DNA of 64,000 nucleotides, taken from contig OY970195.1 of assembly GCA_963708185.1 (NCBI GenBank), forward strand, positions 768,001 to 832,000, written 5' to 3'. Under the pieces are notes generated by a model. It ran no database searches. It was not told the origin of the DNA and saw only the letters and a program-made list of their open reading frames with translations. This document shows positions 18,785 to 28,435 of this stretch, in pieces. Source of the stretch: Candidatus Peregrinibacteria bacterium. GTDB taxonomy: Bacteria; Patescibacteriota; Gracilibacteria; UBA1369. A program made the position numbers and the translations under genes. The first letter of the stretch is position 1. Each line of letters opens with the position of its first letter.

Positions 18785-19849
18785 TTATTGAGTGATCTTG
18801 GTATCCCATTTTTCAATGGTCTTCGCAATGATCTTTGCTGCTTCAGCGCGGGTGATCGGGCGGTTTGGATCGAAGTTCCCGTTGCCGATACCCTGGACAA
18901 CGCCGAGTTGGTGAGCCTGTTCGATCCATCCGGTGCTCCATCCGCTGACGTCATTGAAGAATGACTTGCTGACAGAGAGCGGTCCGTAACCGTAAGCGGC
19001 AAGAATGACCTTGGTCGCTTCGGCGCGGGTGATGGACTGGTTCGGGGCAAACGTGGTTGAACTGTAGCCCTGGACAATGTGGCGATCCCATGCCGGGCGG
19101 ATCCAAGATCCCTGCCACATATCGAGGTCCATAAACGGACTTCCGCAGTCTGCATCGTAGCAGCCGGGATTTGGCTGAATACCTGCAGCGTAGAGTGCCA
19201 TCTTGGTCAATTCGGCGCGGGTAATACTCTGATCCGGGCGGAATGATCCATCCTGGTAGCCTTCGAGGATACAAAGATCATAAAGGCGGCGGATGTAGAT
19301 TTCTGCCCAGTGACCGTCAATATCGCTCGGATAGAGGTGGTCGTTGCAGAGGCTGTGACCAGGTTGGCTTGGAACGGTCTGCGGAGTTTCCTTCTCGCAA
19401 GGAGAATAGATGTCGCAAACGACTCCTGCCGGAGGCTGGTTGGCCGGATTTACGGTGCCTGTTCCTCCGTTGCTTCCGTCGCAAGGGCTGTAGACATCAC
19501 AATAGTGACTGCCAACAGGGTTGGTCTGATGGGTGGCGGAACCATCGGTGTTTCCGGTGGAGCCGTTTGACCCGTTGTTACAACCTGTGCCGTAAACGGC
19601 GCAAGGGTCGTTGACCGGGTTGGTGGTGTTACCGGTAGAACCGGTATTGCCGGTGTTCCCGTTGACATTGCCGCATCCGTAGATGTCGCAATATTGAGTA
19701 GTGTTGACGGGATTGGTTTGGTTCGTGGACGAGCCACTTGAACCGCTGGACGAATCCGTCGTCGCCCATGCCCCCGCAATGGAGACTTGCGTCATCAGGG
19801 CCGTACTAAGGGCCGCGATGGCAACGATTCTCTTGAGCTGTGTAAGCAT
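18785..19849 (-). CDS. SLH-domain surface protein with four N-terminal Cys-pair repeats
   Basis: Signal peptide; NPV..C-x4/5-C repeats; three SLH motifs (ITRAEL, ITRAEA x2). Confidence 0.88.
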   Translation of the reverse strand: MLTQLKRIVAIAALSTALMTQVSIAGAWATTDSSSGSSGSSTNQTNPVNTTQYCDIYGCGNVNGNTGNTGSTGNTTNPVNDPCAVYGTGCNNGSNGSTGNTDGSATHQTNPVGSHYCDVYSPCDGSNGGTGTVNPANQPPAGVVCDIYSPCEKETPQTVPSQPGHSLCNDHLYPSDIDGHWAEIYIRRLYDLCILEGYQDGSFRPDQSITRAELTKMALYAAGIQPNPGCYDADCGSPFMDLDMWQGSWIRPAWDRHIVQGYSSTTFAPNQSITRAEATKVILAAYGYGPLSVSKSFFNDVSGWSTGWIEQAHQLGVVQGIGNGNFDPNRPITRAEAAKIIAKTIEKWDTKITQ

Positions 19850-19997
19850 AAGAAAAAGAGAAAAAATGTTATAAAGGTAGTGTTTATATCATATACTTTC
19901 TAATATGTCAATACTGTTTCATAAAAAACTTCTTCATTGCCGGTTTAGCTTAACCCACAAGGAAGCGCAATATTACAACTTTTTGGAACTTTATGGC

Positions 19998-20477
19998 TTA
20001 ATAATGGTATTTTTTGCCGCTCAGAATAGTAAATGCCCGGTAGATTTGCTCAAGCAGAATGGTTCGGATCATCTCGTGGGTGAAGGTCATGGGTGAAAAG
20101 GAAAGTTTCAACTGGGCCTTTTTGAGGATCTGGTCGGCCAGGCCGAAGGGGCCTCCGATCATAAAGGTGATGTTTGCGCCCTCAAAATCCTTCTTCTTTT
20201 GGATAAAACCCGCGAACTCTTTGGAGGTCATGGTTTTTCCGTGCTCGTCGAGAGCGATGAGAAAAGTATCTTTTGGGATATGTTTCTGGAGTTCCAGCGC
20301 CTCTTTCTGCTTTGCGACGCTGCGGGTGGATTCGTTCTGGTCGTAGGGGGCCGAAGACTCCTTGATCGTGATGATTTTGAGATCGGCAAAAGGTTTGAGT
20401 CTTTTGATGTACTCCTCTTCCGCTTCCTTGAAGTAGGACTGCTTGGTTTTTCCGATCTGGAGGATGGTGATTTTCAT
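19998..20477 (-). CDS. rlmH: 23S rRNA (pseudouridine1915-N3)-methyltransferase
   Basis: MKITILQIGK..EYIKRL..IALDEHGK..FMIGGPFGL..LSFSPMTFTHEM.R.ILLEQIYRA..YH. Confidence 0.95.
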   Translation of the reverse strand: MKITILQIGKTKQSYFKEAEEEYIKRLKPFADLKIITIKESSAPYDQNESTRSVAKQKEALELQKHIPKDTFLIALDEHGKTMTSKEFAGFIQKKKDFEGANITFMIGGPFGLADQILKKAQLKLSFSPMTFTHEMIRTILLEQIYRAFTILSGKKYHY

Positions 20478-20483
20478 GCGTGC

Positions 20484-20492
20484 ATTGTAGCA
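20484..20492 (-). promoter_or_regulatory. Extended -10 (TGCTACAAT) 6 nt before the rlmH ATG; probable leaderless promoter
   Basis: TGCTACAAT-GCACGC-ATG. Confidence 0.6.
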
Positions 20493-20557
20493 CAGGCGGT
20501 TGGATTGAGCCCCTGGGCGGGGAGTGCTATACTCGCGTTGTCCCTAACTTTCATATT

Positions 20558-21055
20558 ATGGCTTCTGAATCATCTTTTGACATTGTTTCCGACTTCGACA
20601 TGCAGGAACTGCGTAATGCGGTGGATCAGGTGAAACGTGAAATTCTCACCCGTTACGATTTCAAGGGTGTGAATGCGGAGGTGACGTTGAACGAAGATGA
20701 CATCGTCGTGACGGCCCCTGACTCCATGAAACTCAAAGCCATCCATGACATGCTGCTGCAGAAAGTCGTCAACCGCAAGCTTTCACCGAAAATCCTTGAT
20801 ACGACGAACAAACCCGAAGAGGCTTCCGGAATGACTTTGCGCCAGGTCATCAAACTCGTGAAAGCGCTGAATCAGGATACCTGCAAGCAGATCACCAAAT
20901 TCCTCAAAGAGAAATTCCCGAAGGTAAAAGCTTCCATTCAGGGAGACACCGTGCGGGTTTCATCAAAGAGCAGGGATGAACTGCAGGCAGTCATCGGAGC
21001 CCTGCGGCAGGAAGTCTCGATCAAAGCTCCGTTGAAATTCACCAACTATCGTTAA
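20558..21055 (+). CDS. yajQ: YajQ family nucleotide-binding protein
   Basis: MASESSFDIVS..QELRNAVDQ..RYDFKG..IQGDTVRVSSKSRDELQ..F.NYR; upstream TGCTATACT at 20525-20533. Confidence 0.93.
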   Translation: MASESSFDIVSDFDMQELRNAVDQVKREILTRYDFKGVNAEVTLNEDDIVVTAPDSMKLKAIHDMLLQKVVNRKLSPKILDTTNKPEEASGMTLRQVIKLVKALNQDTCKQITKFLKEKFPKVKASIQGDTVRVSSKSRDELQAVIGALRQEVSIKAPLKFTNYR

Positions 21056-21065
21056 TACTTTTCAA

Positions 21066-22535
21066 ATGGCCGGGGTTTCATCAAAAGTACCGGACGGCAT
21101 TGTTCGCAAGGATGATGTTCTTGAGCTTACCATCGAGAGCCTCGCTTTCGGCGGCGAAGGCGTGGCGCGGGTCCAGAGCGGTGAAAAACCGCTGGTGGTT
21201 TTTGTGGAAGACGTGGTTCCGGGCGACGTCGTACTCGTGAAAATCGGCACCAAAAAGAGGAATTTTGCCCGCGGCTTCGTGCAAAAGATTCTCAAGCCTT
21301 CGCCGGACAGGATTCAGCCGAGGTGCCGGCACTTCGGGCCAGCGAATGAAGGCGGCTGCGGGGGCTGCACCTGGCAGTTTTTGAGCGGAGAGAAACAACG
21401 AAGCGTCAAGGAGCAGCAGGTCCGTGATGCCTTAAAGAGAATCGCCGGGGTTGGGGCCGCCAAGGAGGCCGGCGCCCCGGGTGAGGGAGTTAAAAACGTC
21501 GTGCTTCCGATTGTGGGCGGCGCGCCCTGGTACTACCGCAACAAAATGGAATACAGCTTCAGCAGGACTCCGGAAGGAGTTCTTGGTTTGGGACTTCACG
21601 TGAAGCGCCGCCATTATGACGTCATTGAGCTCAAGGAGTGCTTTCTGCTTGAACCTTTTGCCGGCAAACTCGTCAGTTTCGTTCGCGAATTTTTCAAAGA
21701 TTTTGACGCAAACCGGGGCTTTGACCCTGATCTGACGCTCAAATCTTTTACCGTTCGTGTTGGCAAAAATACCGGACAGGCCATGATGATCCTGACCGCT
21801 GAAAACGGTGAAGAAAATTTCACGACGTTGTTCCGGGAAAAGCTGACGGCATTTTGCGGGGAGGAAAAAATACCGCTGCACTCGCTGTACTTTCTCCACA
21901 CCACCAATCGCAAAGGGGAAAGAAACCGCACGGTAGAAAAGCTGCTCCACGGGACAGAAACGATTCAGGAAGAGCTTCAACTCCCCGACGGGAAAAAACT
22001 GCGGTTCGAAATTTCTCCCCTGGCGTTCTTCCAGCCGAACACCAAAATGGCCGAAGTTTTATACGCAAAAACTTTGGAAGCCGCACAGCTGACGGGAAAG
22101 GAAACTGTTTTTGACCTCTATTGCGGCACGGGCACGATCGGCCTTTTCTGCTCATCCAAAGCCGTAAAAGTCTATGGCATCGAAATGACGCCAAGTGCCG
22201 TCGAAAACGCCAAGGCCAACGCCGCGCTCAACGGCATCGGGAATACCGAATTCATGAAGGGTGACGTCCAGGAGATTTTGCCAACGTTCAAGAACGATCC
22301 GGATGTCGTGATCGTCGACCCTCCGCGGAACGGGCTTGCACCGAAAGTTGTTGAGAGCGTGGCTTCCTTCGGAGCGAAAAGGATCGTTTACGTTTCCTGC
22401 AATCCGGCTTCACTAGCGAGAGACTCCGCCCTGTTCATTCAAAAAGGATACCGGCTGGAGTATGTCCAGCCCGTGGACCAGTTTCCCCAAACGTATCACA
22501 TCGAGAACGTGGCTTTGTTCACGAAAATTCATTGA
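21066..22535 (+). CDS. rlmD: 23S rRNA (uracil-5)-methyltransferase RlmD/RumA
   Basis: TRAM domain; C..CGGCTWQ Fe-S motif; YRNK, FFQPN, DLYCGTGTIG, DPPRNGL, YVSCNP, DQFPQTYHIE. Confidence 0.93.
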   Translation: MAGVSSKVPDGIVRKDDVLELTIESLAFGGEGVARVQSGEKPLVVFVEDVVPGDVVLVKIGTKKRNFARGFVQKILKPSPDRIQPRCRHFGPANEGGCGGCTWQFLSGEKQRSVKEQQVRDALKRIAGVGAAKEAGAPGEGVKNVVLPIVGGAPWYYRNKMEYSFSRTPEGVLGLGLHVKRRHYDVIELKECFLLEPFAGKLVSFVREFFKDFDANRGFDPDLTLKSFTVRVGKNTGQAMMILTAENGEENFTTLFREKLTAFCGEEKIPLHSLYFLHTTNRKGERNRTVEKLLHGTETIQEELQLPDGKKLRFEISPLAFFQPNTKMAEVLYAKTLEAAQLTGKETVFDLYCGTGTIGLFCSSKAVKVYGIEMTPSAVENAKANAALNGIGNTEFMKGDVQEILPTFKNDPDVVIVDPPRNGLAPKVVESVASFGAKRIVYVSCNPASLARDSALFIQKGYRLEYVQPVDQFPQTYHIENVALFTKIH

Positions 22536-22591
22536 TACAAAAAAGAGCCCCGGTTCGCGGAGCCCTTTTTAATTTCAGAACGATTATCCTT

Positions 22592-22858
22592 CTATCTTCG
22601 TTTGAAGTTCTCAGGCAGTTTTGAACCTTTGACGAGTGCTGCAAACGCGCCGAGCATGATGTAGAAGAACACCAATGTTGCGAGTTTGTTGAGGAGGATA
22701 TAGTACGAAACGATGCCTCCGGTGACATCAAAAAGCGGTAACGGCGCTTTGCCGAAGAACGCCCAGATGTACATGGCGATGTTGAGTAAAAAGGTGAGAA
22801 TGAGCAGCCATCCGACGATGGTGCACAAACCCATCATGAGCTTTTTGTTGAAAAGCAT
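22592..22858 (-). CDS. Small integral membrane protein
   Basis: Two to three hydrophobic segments and a basic C-terminus. Confidence 0.6.
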   Translation of the reverse strand: MLFNKKLMMGLCTIVGWLLILTFLLNIAMYIWAFFGKAPLPLFDVTGGIVSYYILLNKLATLVFFYIMLGAFAALVKGSKLPENFKRR

Positions 22859-22948
22859 AAACAAGTAAGGTTAAAAAATATTTGTTTTCTGACTGTGAAT
22901 TATAGAAGATGAGCCCAGGTTTGGCAAATATCGACGCGAATATTGGTA

Positions 22949-24307
22949 TTATTTTTTTGCGGGCTTTTTCTTTTCACCGTTGATTGCTGCAATTTCTTTC
23001 TTGATGGTTTTCAACCATTCCAGCGCCGCTTTTTTGGTTTTGAGTTCTCCGCCGAGCTGTTTTTCACGGACCTTCTGGAGGACGAAGCCGATCTTTTTCC
23101 CGGGCTTGAGCTTGAGCGCTTTCATGACGTCGTCACCGTCGATGAGCGGCATGGGAAGCACCGGCGTGCTGCTGATGTCTTTGTGATACAACTGCGCGAT
23201 CTTGTCGATGACTTCGGTGTGCGGCGGCGTCGTGCCGCGAGCGTCCGCGTAGAAAAGTTCGAGCAGGTTTTTGAAATAGAGTTTGTGGAACCACACCAGC
23301 CGCCGCCCTTTGGGCATCGTGAGCAAGGGCATGACCATCATGTGGTGCTCAATAAGCCAGCCGACCTCTTCGATCATTCTTCGGTCAAAACGGAGACGGT
23401 TTAGAATCCGGTACGCGATGTCGCGGGATTCGCGGTCGTGGGTATCAAATCGGATTCTTTCGGCAAGTTTAAATGTTTCAGGTTTGCCAACATCGTGGAG
23501 CAGTGTGGCCCAGCGCAGGGCCAGCGGCGCATCTTCGGGCAATGCTTTAAGCGAATCCATGGCGTGAGTCCAGACGTCCCCTTCCTTGTGGTATTTATAC
23601 GGCTGGGCCACGCCTTTCATTTTCTGGATCTCGGGCAGGATAATCTTGAGGATGCCGGTGTCTTCCATATCCTGAAACGCGTTCACGGCAAAGGGACTGA
23701 TGATAATTTTATTAAGTTCATCCCGGATGCGTTCGTTGGAGACTTTATCTATAAGCACCGAAGCGTGTTTGACGATGGCTTCATAAGTTTCGGGTTCGTA
23801 TTGAAAATCGAGCGTGTTCTTGAGACGGATGGCTCTGAGGATTCTCAAATGATCTTCCATGATGCGCTCCGATGGCTTGCCGATAAAGCGGATCAAACGG
23901 GCTTCCAGGTCTTTCTGCCCGCCCACGTAATCGAGGACTTTGTCTTTGAGCGGATCGTAAAACATGCCGTTGATGGTGAAATCGCGGCGTTTGGCGTCTT
24001 CCTTGGCGTTGGTAAAAATGACGGCGTCGGGGCGGCGGCCGTCGGTATAACCGGCATCCGAACGAAAAGTGGCGACCTCGAAATGATGGCCATTTGATAT
24101 GGCAAGTATGACCCCGAACTCCTTGCCGATGGGGATGGTGTGGTCGAGGGTGGCTTCGATTTCTTCCGGTTTGGCGCTGGTGACAATGTCGAAATCCTTG
24201 GGCTTGATACCCAGGAGCATGTCGCGGACGCAGCCGCCGGCCCAATACGCTTCGTAGCCCGCTTTCCTGAGCTTCTCGATGATCTGAATGGAAGTGAGCT
24301 GCATCAT
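22949..24307 (-). CDS. cca: Class II tRNA nucleotidyltransferase (CCA-adding/poly(A) family) with HD domain
   Basis: GGCVRD..DFDIVT, EVATFR, RRDFTING, EDHLRILRA, ERIRDEL, HKEGDVWTH..LHDVGK. Confidence 0.92.
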   Translation of the reverse strand: MMQLTSIQIIEKLRKAGYEAYWAGGCVRDMLLGIKPKDFDIVTSAKPEEIEATLDHTIPIGKEFGVILAISNGHHFEVATFRSDAGYTDGRRPDAVIFTNAKEDAKRRDFTINGMFYDPLKDKVLDYVGGQKDLEARLIRFIGKPSERIMEDHLRILRAIRLKNTLDFQYEPETYEAIVKHASVLIDKVSNERIRDELNKIIISPFAVNAFQDMEDTGILKIILPEIQKMKGVAQPYKYHKEGDVWTHAMDSLKALPEDAPLALRWATLLHDVGKPETFKLAERIRFDTHDRESRDIAYRILNRLRFDRRMIEEVGWLIEHHMMVMPLLTMPKGRRLVWFHKLYFKNLLELFYADARGTTPPHTEVIDKIAQLYHKDISSTPVLPMPLIDGDDVMKALKLKPGKKIGFVLQKVREKQLGGELKTKKAALEWLKTIKKEIAAINGEKKKPAKK

Positions 24308-24313
24308 GCTTGT

Positions 24314-24322
24314 ATTGTAGCA
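24314..24322 (-). promoter_or_regulatory. Extended -10 (TGCTACAAT) 6 nt before the cca ATG; probable leaderless promoter
   Basis: TGCTACAAT-ACAAGC-ATG. Confidence 0.6.
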
Positions 24323-24386
24323 TTGAACAGGGATAACAAAAACCGCCGAAGAAGTCTTCAGCGGTCTTCAAACTCTTGTTTCGTTT

Positions 24387-26129
24387 TTAATGCGCAGCCG
24401 CAGGGCCGCGGGAATTGGCGTCCACTTTGTCGAGCTTCACGTTGGGAAGCATGAACGACACGAGGAATCCCATAAAGGCAAAGATCATGGCGTAGGTCAC
24501 CGAGGTTTTGTTGGCGTCGGTGATGGCCTGTTCGCCGATGTTGTGGATATCCTGCTGGATGGACTGCGGGAGTTTCATCTTGACCTGCGGCCCGCCGCCG
24601 AATTCGATAGTGGCGGTTTCTGCAGAGATGGTCTCTTCAAGATAGGGTTTGAGAATGTTGGGAATATGCTGGTTGTTCTGGATTCCTGTGGTGATGTTCG
24701 TTGCCAGGGCCGTAAGCATGGCGGCGCCAATAATGGCCGAACCGAAGGATGATCCGATCTGACGAAGAGTGCTGTTCACTCCGGAAGCTTCACCGGCTTC
24801 GCTTACCGGCACTGCCGAAAGCGAAAGGTTGCTGACCTGGGCCATAATGAGCCCCATGCCCATGCCGTAGATGGCAAGGCCGGGCGCGAAATTCCATGCG
24901 GTTGCGTCAACACTGAAGCTCTGCTGGAGTACGAACATGGCGACGATATCGAGCAGTAAACCGGCCTGCACCAACCGTTTCGGCGTCACTTTTTTACTGA
25001 TGAAGGCCGACAGCGGCGCGGCAATGAGCAGCGACAATGAAAGCGGTAACAGTGCGAGTCCGGTATTGAAAGCATCCAGACCGCGGACGGATTGGAGAAA
25101 CACCGGGATGGCAAAGATGATACCAGCCTGCCCGAGCGACATGATGGTCGTGGTGAGCATTCCCGAGCTGAATTGGCGGTTCTTGAAAATTTTCATGGAA
25201 ACGAGCGGTTTTTTCTTTCTGCTTTCAACGTAGAGTTCCCATCCTACGAACAATGCAAGGAAGAGAACGCCGAGGCCGATGGCGAACGGTGTGACTGAAA
25301 TGCCCCAGAAATCAAAGGTCTGGCCGAAAATACTGAAGGGCATGGTTGCCTTCCACCATCCGTAGGTCGCGGCTTCGATCACACCGAAGACCACGGAAAG
25401 CAGTCCAACGGAGGATAGTGCGACGCCGCCCCAGTCGAGGGAAGGTTTTTCCCTGGAAGCCTGGTCGTTTTTAATCAAGAACGATCCGAAGAGCAGGATG
25501 ATCGTAACAAAAACATTGGTGCGGAAGCCCCAGCGCCAGCTGAAGTTACTGGCCAAAAATCCTCCTAAAATCGGGCCGATGGCCGCGGCCCCGGCTGCGA
25601 CGCCGCCCCACACGCCAAAGGCGATGGCACGGTCACGACCGCTGAAGTTTGAAATGAGCAGGGAAGATGTCGCCGGCATCATGAGGGCGGCTCCGATCCC
25701 TTCGATCAAAGATTCTCCTATCAGGAGCATCGGGAAACTCGTGCTTATGGAAGCGACGAATGAACCTACGGCAAAGATGGCCGCTCCGAGCATGAACATT
25801 TTTTTCTTGCCGAAAATATCGCCGAGGCGCCCGCCGGTAACGGTGAGGGCGGCCAGGGTCAGCGAGTAGGCAGAAATGACCCACTGAAGGCTGATGATAT
25901 CGGTATTGAGGTCGCGAATGATATTGCCCAGCGACACATTGAGAAGGGTGGTATCAATCACGATAATGGCCAGCGCAAGGCTCATCACGAGCAGGCTCGC
26001 CCATTTGGCCAGGAAAGATTTTTTCCCGGTTTTCTCGAGGGAAACGGCCGGGGTTTGGAGCATATCCGCTGTTCCGTTGAAAATTTCTCCGGAATCCATC
26101 GTCGTTGCTGATTCGTTGATCTGTTGCAT
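24387..26129 (-). CDS. DHA2 (14-TMS) MFS efflux transporter
   Basis: IDTTLLNVSL, WVISAYSL, GGRLGDIFGKK, GPILGG..SWRW.F.N, GEASGV.STLRQIG. Confidence 0.92.
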   Translation of the reverse strand: MQQINESATTMDSGEIFNGTADMLQTPAVSLEKTGKKSFLAKWASLLVMSLALAIIVIDTTLLNVSLGNIIRDLNTDIISLQWVISAYSLTLAALTVTGGRLGDIFGKKKMFMLGAAIFAVGSFVASISTSFPMLLIGESLIEGIGAALMMPATSSLLISNFSGRDRAIAFGVWGGVAAGAAAIGPILGGFLASNFSWRWGFRTNVFVTIILLFGSFLIKNDQASREKPSLDWGGVALSSVGLLSVVFGVIEAATYGWWKATMPFSIFGQTFDFWGISVTPFAIGLGVLFLALFVGWELYVESRKKKPLVSMKIFKNRQFSSGMLTTTIMSLGQAGIIFAIPVFLQSVRGLDAFNTGLALLPLSLSLLIAAPLSAFISKKVTPKRLVQAGLLLDIVAMFVLQQSFSVDATAWNFAPGLAIYGMGMGLIMAQVSNLSLSAVPVSEAGEASGVNSTLRQIGSSFGSAIIGAAMLTALATNITTGIQNNQHIPNILKPYLEETISAETATIEFGGGPQVKMKLPQSIQQDIHNIGEQAITDANKTSVTYAMIFAFMGFLVSFMLPNVKLDKVDANSRGPAAAH

Positions 26130-26146
26130 GGTTTTAAAGTAATTAT

Positions 26147-26602
26147 TTATGAATGATTGGCGTGAGCTTCTTCGAGTTTTCCGATGATCTTCCTGTTGAT
26201 GGCGATCAAGGCCTCGAGTTCCCGGTCACTGAGGACAGAAAACGTTTCCATGATCTGTTCGGTATGTTCGTTCTTGAAAATATCGAACCGTTTTTTCCCG
26301 GTTTCCGAAAACGCGACGTGAACGATCCTGCGGTCTTTTTGATCCTGTTTTCTTTCCACGAAGCCGGTCATGACCATGCCTTCGATGATCTGCGTAGCCG
26401 CACTGCTGGTTATGCCCATTTTGGAGGCAATATCCTTCACAGTGAGTTCACGGCCGTGATGGAGCGCGTAGAGAATATGGACCTGTGAACGGCTCAATCC
26501 GTATTTCTGGAAAAGTCCGCCTTTCCTCGTTCCGATGGCCTTTTGTACGGCGATAAAGCCTTCGACCATCTGCTGGGTTTTCTGTTTGCGTGATGTTTTC
26601 AT
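26147..26602 (-). CDS. MarR family transcriptional regulator
   Basis: LSRSQ.HIL..LTVKDIA..ITSSAATQ..GFVER..DRR..SETG. Confidence 0.9.
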   Translation of the reverse strand: MKTSRKQKTQQMVEGFIAVQKAIGTRKGGLFQKYGLSRSQVHILYALHHGRELTVKDIASKMGITSSAATQIIEGMVMTGFVERKQDQKDRRIVHVAFSETGKKRFDIFKNEHTEQIMETFSVLSDRELEALIAINRKIIGKLEEAHANHS

Positions 26603-26623
26603 GAGCACGTTTTGTAAAATATG

Positions 26624-26662
26624 TTAGAACCTAAATATATTAGTAACTAATCTATTTGTCAA
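26624..26662 (-). promoter_or_regulatory. marR-MFS promoter (TTGACA-17-TATATT) overlapped by two TTAG-N3-CTAA palindromes (candidate MarR operators)
   Basis: TTAGAACCTAA 26624-26634 and TTAGTAACTAA 26640-26650; -35 at 26657-26662, -10 at 26634-26639. Confidence 0.7.
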
Positions 26663-26735
26663 GACGAAAAACACACCATTCCTCAAAATAACCGCCGAGC
26701 CTCGGGAAAGCGCCTTTTGCATGATGTCTGAAAAA

Positions 26736-27482
26736 CTAGATCTGAATTTTGGAAAAAAGATAGCTGCCGACGGCCACGATACCGAGGGCGATGAGCCCCA
26801 GCATGGCAGCATCCGTCCACATGCCGAAATGGGAACTTGCAATCAGAGCTCCGCGCAATCCGTCCACTCCGTAGGTCAGAGGATCGGCACTGGCAATGAC
26901 AGCAATCGGTTCGGGAAGGTTCTGGAGCGGGAACAGGGCGCCGGAGAGGAAAAACGTCGGCATGACGAGGAAATTCATGATCAACTGAAAACCCTGCATA
27001 TCTTCAAGCAGCGAGGCAATGGCAGTGCCGAGCGCGGTAAAAAGAACGGCGATAAGGAACATGAAGACGAGCGCGACCGGGATCATGGCGAGACTCACCG
27101 GCCTGAAACCGAAGATCGTCGCGAGAATGAGCACGATGCAGCCCTGGAGCATGGCAACGGTCGCGCCTCCGAGGGTTCTGCCGATCATGATATTAAAACG
27201 GGAGACCGGCGCCACGAGCGTCTCCTTCAAAAATCCGAACTGGCGGTCCCAGATAATTTCGATGCCCGTGAAGACCGCGGTAAAAAGGATACCCATGCAG
27301 ATGACGCCCGGTGCAAGAAACTGGAGATAGTCTCCCCCACCGGCTTTCTCGTAGATGGGGCCGAAGCCGAAGCCCAGCGCCACGAGGAACAAAATCGGCT
27401 GCCCCAGCGACCCGATCATGCGGGCCCTGGAACGGAAGTAGCGTTTGATCTGCCTCAGCCAAAGGATATAAATAGTGCTCAT
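26736..27482 (-). CDS. ABC-2 type permease (DrrB-like)
   Basis: YLQFLAPG..DRQFGFLKETLVAPVSR..FFLSGALFP..PLTYGVDGLR. Confidence 0.92.
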   Translation of the reverse strand: MSTIYILWLRQIKRYFRSRARMIGSLGQPILFLVALGFGFGPIYEKAGGGDYLQFLAPGVICMGILFTAVFTGIEIIWDRQFGFLKETLVAPVSRFNIMIGRTLGGATVAMLQGCIVLILATIFGFRPVSLAMIPVALVFMFLIAVLFTALGTAIASLLEDMQGFQLIMNFLVMPTFFLSGALFPLQNLPEPIAVIASADPLTYGVDGLRGALIASSHFGMWTDAAMLGLIALGIVAVGSYLFSKIQI

Positions 27483-27510
27483 AGGTTCGGGTTATCTGTC
27501 GGGTGACGGT

Positions 27511-28305
27511 TTATCGTCTGTTGCCGTGAAACATTTTTCTGCGGTCGCGCATGCGATCGGTACCGCTGGCATCTTCATCGCGGATGTTTTTGCCCGTGAT
27601 CGATAAAAAGGCGTCTTCAAGAGAGGTCGTATTCGTCTTTTTCTTGAGTTCGCTGGAAAGTCCGGACACCATGATTTTTCCGTGGTCGATGATGGCGATC
27701 CTGTTGGCCGCACGGTCGGCTTCCTCCATGTAGTGCGTGGTGAAGAACACCGTCATTTTCTCTTTGGCGTTGAGATCCTTGATGTAGTTCCAGATATGGT
27801 TGCGCGTCTGGGGATCCAGCCCGAGGGTGGGTTCATCGAGAAAAAGAATTTTGGGGTGGTGGATCAATCCACGGGCTATTTCCAACCTGCGCTTCATGCC
27901 TCCGGAAAACTCTTTGACGAGGTGGTCTTTGCGTTCCCAGAGCTCCACAAATTTCATGAGATGTTCGATGCGCTGTTTGAGCAGCTTTTTGGGCACTCTG
28001 TAGAGGACGCCGTGGAACTGCATGTTTTCGTACGCCGTGAGTTCGTCGTCCAGACTGGGATCCTGAAAAACGATGCCGAAAGAATGACGGGCGGCATCCT
28101 GATCTTTGACCGGATCGACCCCGTTGATCTCGATCTTGCCTTCCGTCGGTTTGAGCAGGGTGGTGAGCATCTTGATGGTGGTCGTCTTTCCCGCGCCGTT
28201 CGGCCCAAGAAATGCAAAAATCTCCCCCTTGTCCACATTGAAGGTAATATGGTCCACGGCGGTAAAATCTTTGAATTTCTTCGTCAGTCCTTCAACATTG
28301 ATCAC
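27511..28305 (-). CDS. ABC transporter ATP-binding protein (DrrA-like)
   Basis: GPNGAGKT, FSGGMKRR, LFLDEPT, TTHYMEEA. Confidence 0.93.
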   Translation of the reverse strand: MINVEGLTKKFKDFTAVDHITFNVDKGEIFAFLGPNGAGKTTTIKMLTTLLKPTEGKIEINGVDPVKDQDAARHSFGIVFQDPSLDDELTAYENMQFHGVLYRVPKKLLKQRIEHLMKFVELWERKDHLVKEFSGGMKRRLEIARGLIHHPKILFLDEPTLGLDPQTRNHIWNYIKDLNAKEKMTVFFTTHYMEEADRAANRIAIIDHGKIMVSGLSSELKKKTNTTSLEDAFLSITGKNIRDEDASGTDRMRDRRKMFHGNRR

Positions 28306-28435
28306 GATTTTTCACAAAAAAGATTCGTTTGTGAGTATACCCTCCGGCTTTTCAAATGAAAAGGAACATGGCAATGAAAGTTTGCCATCTGTTTCATGGG
28401 ATGATATACACTTCAATTAAATATTACCGACCATC

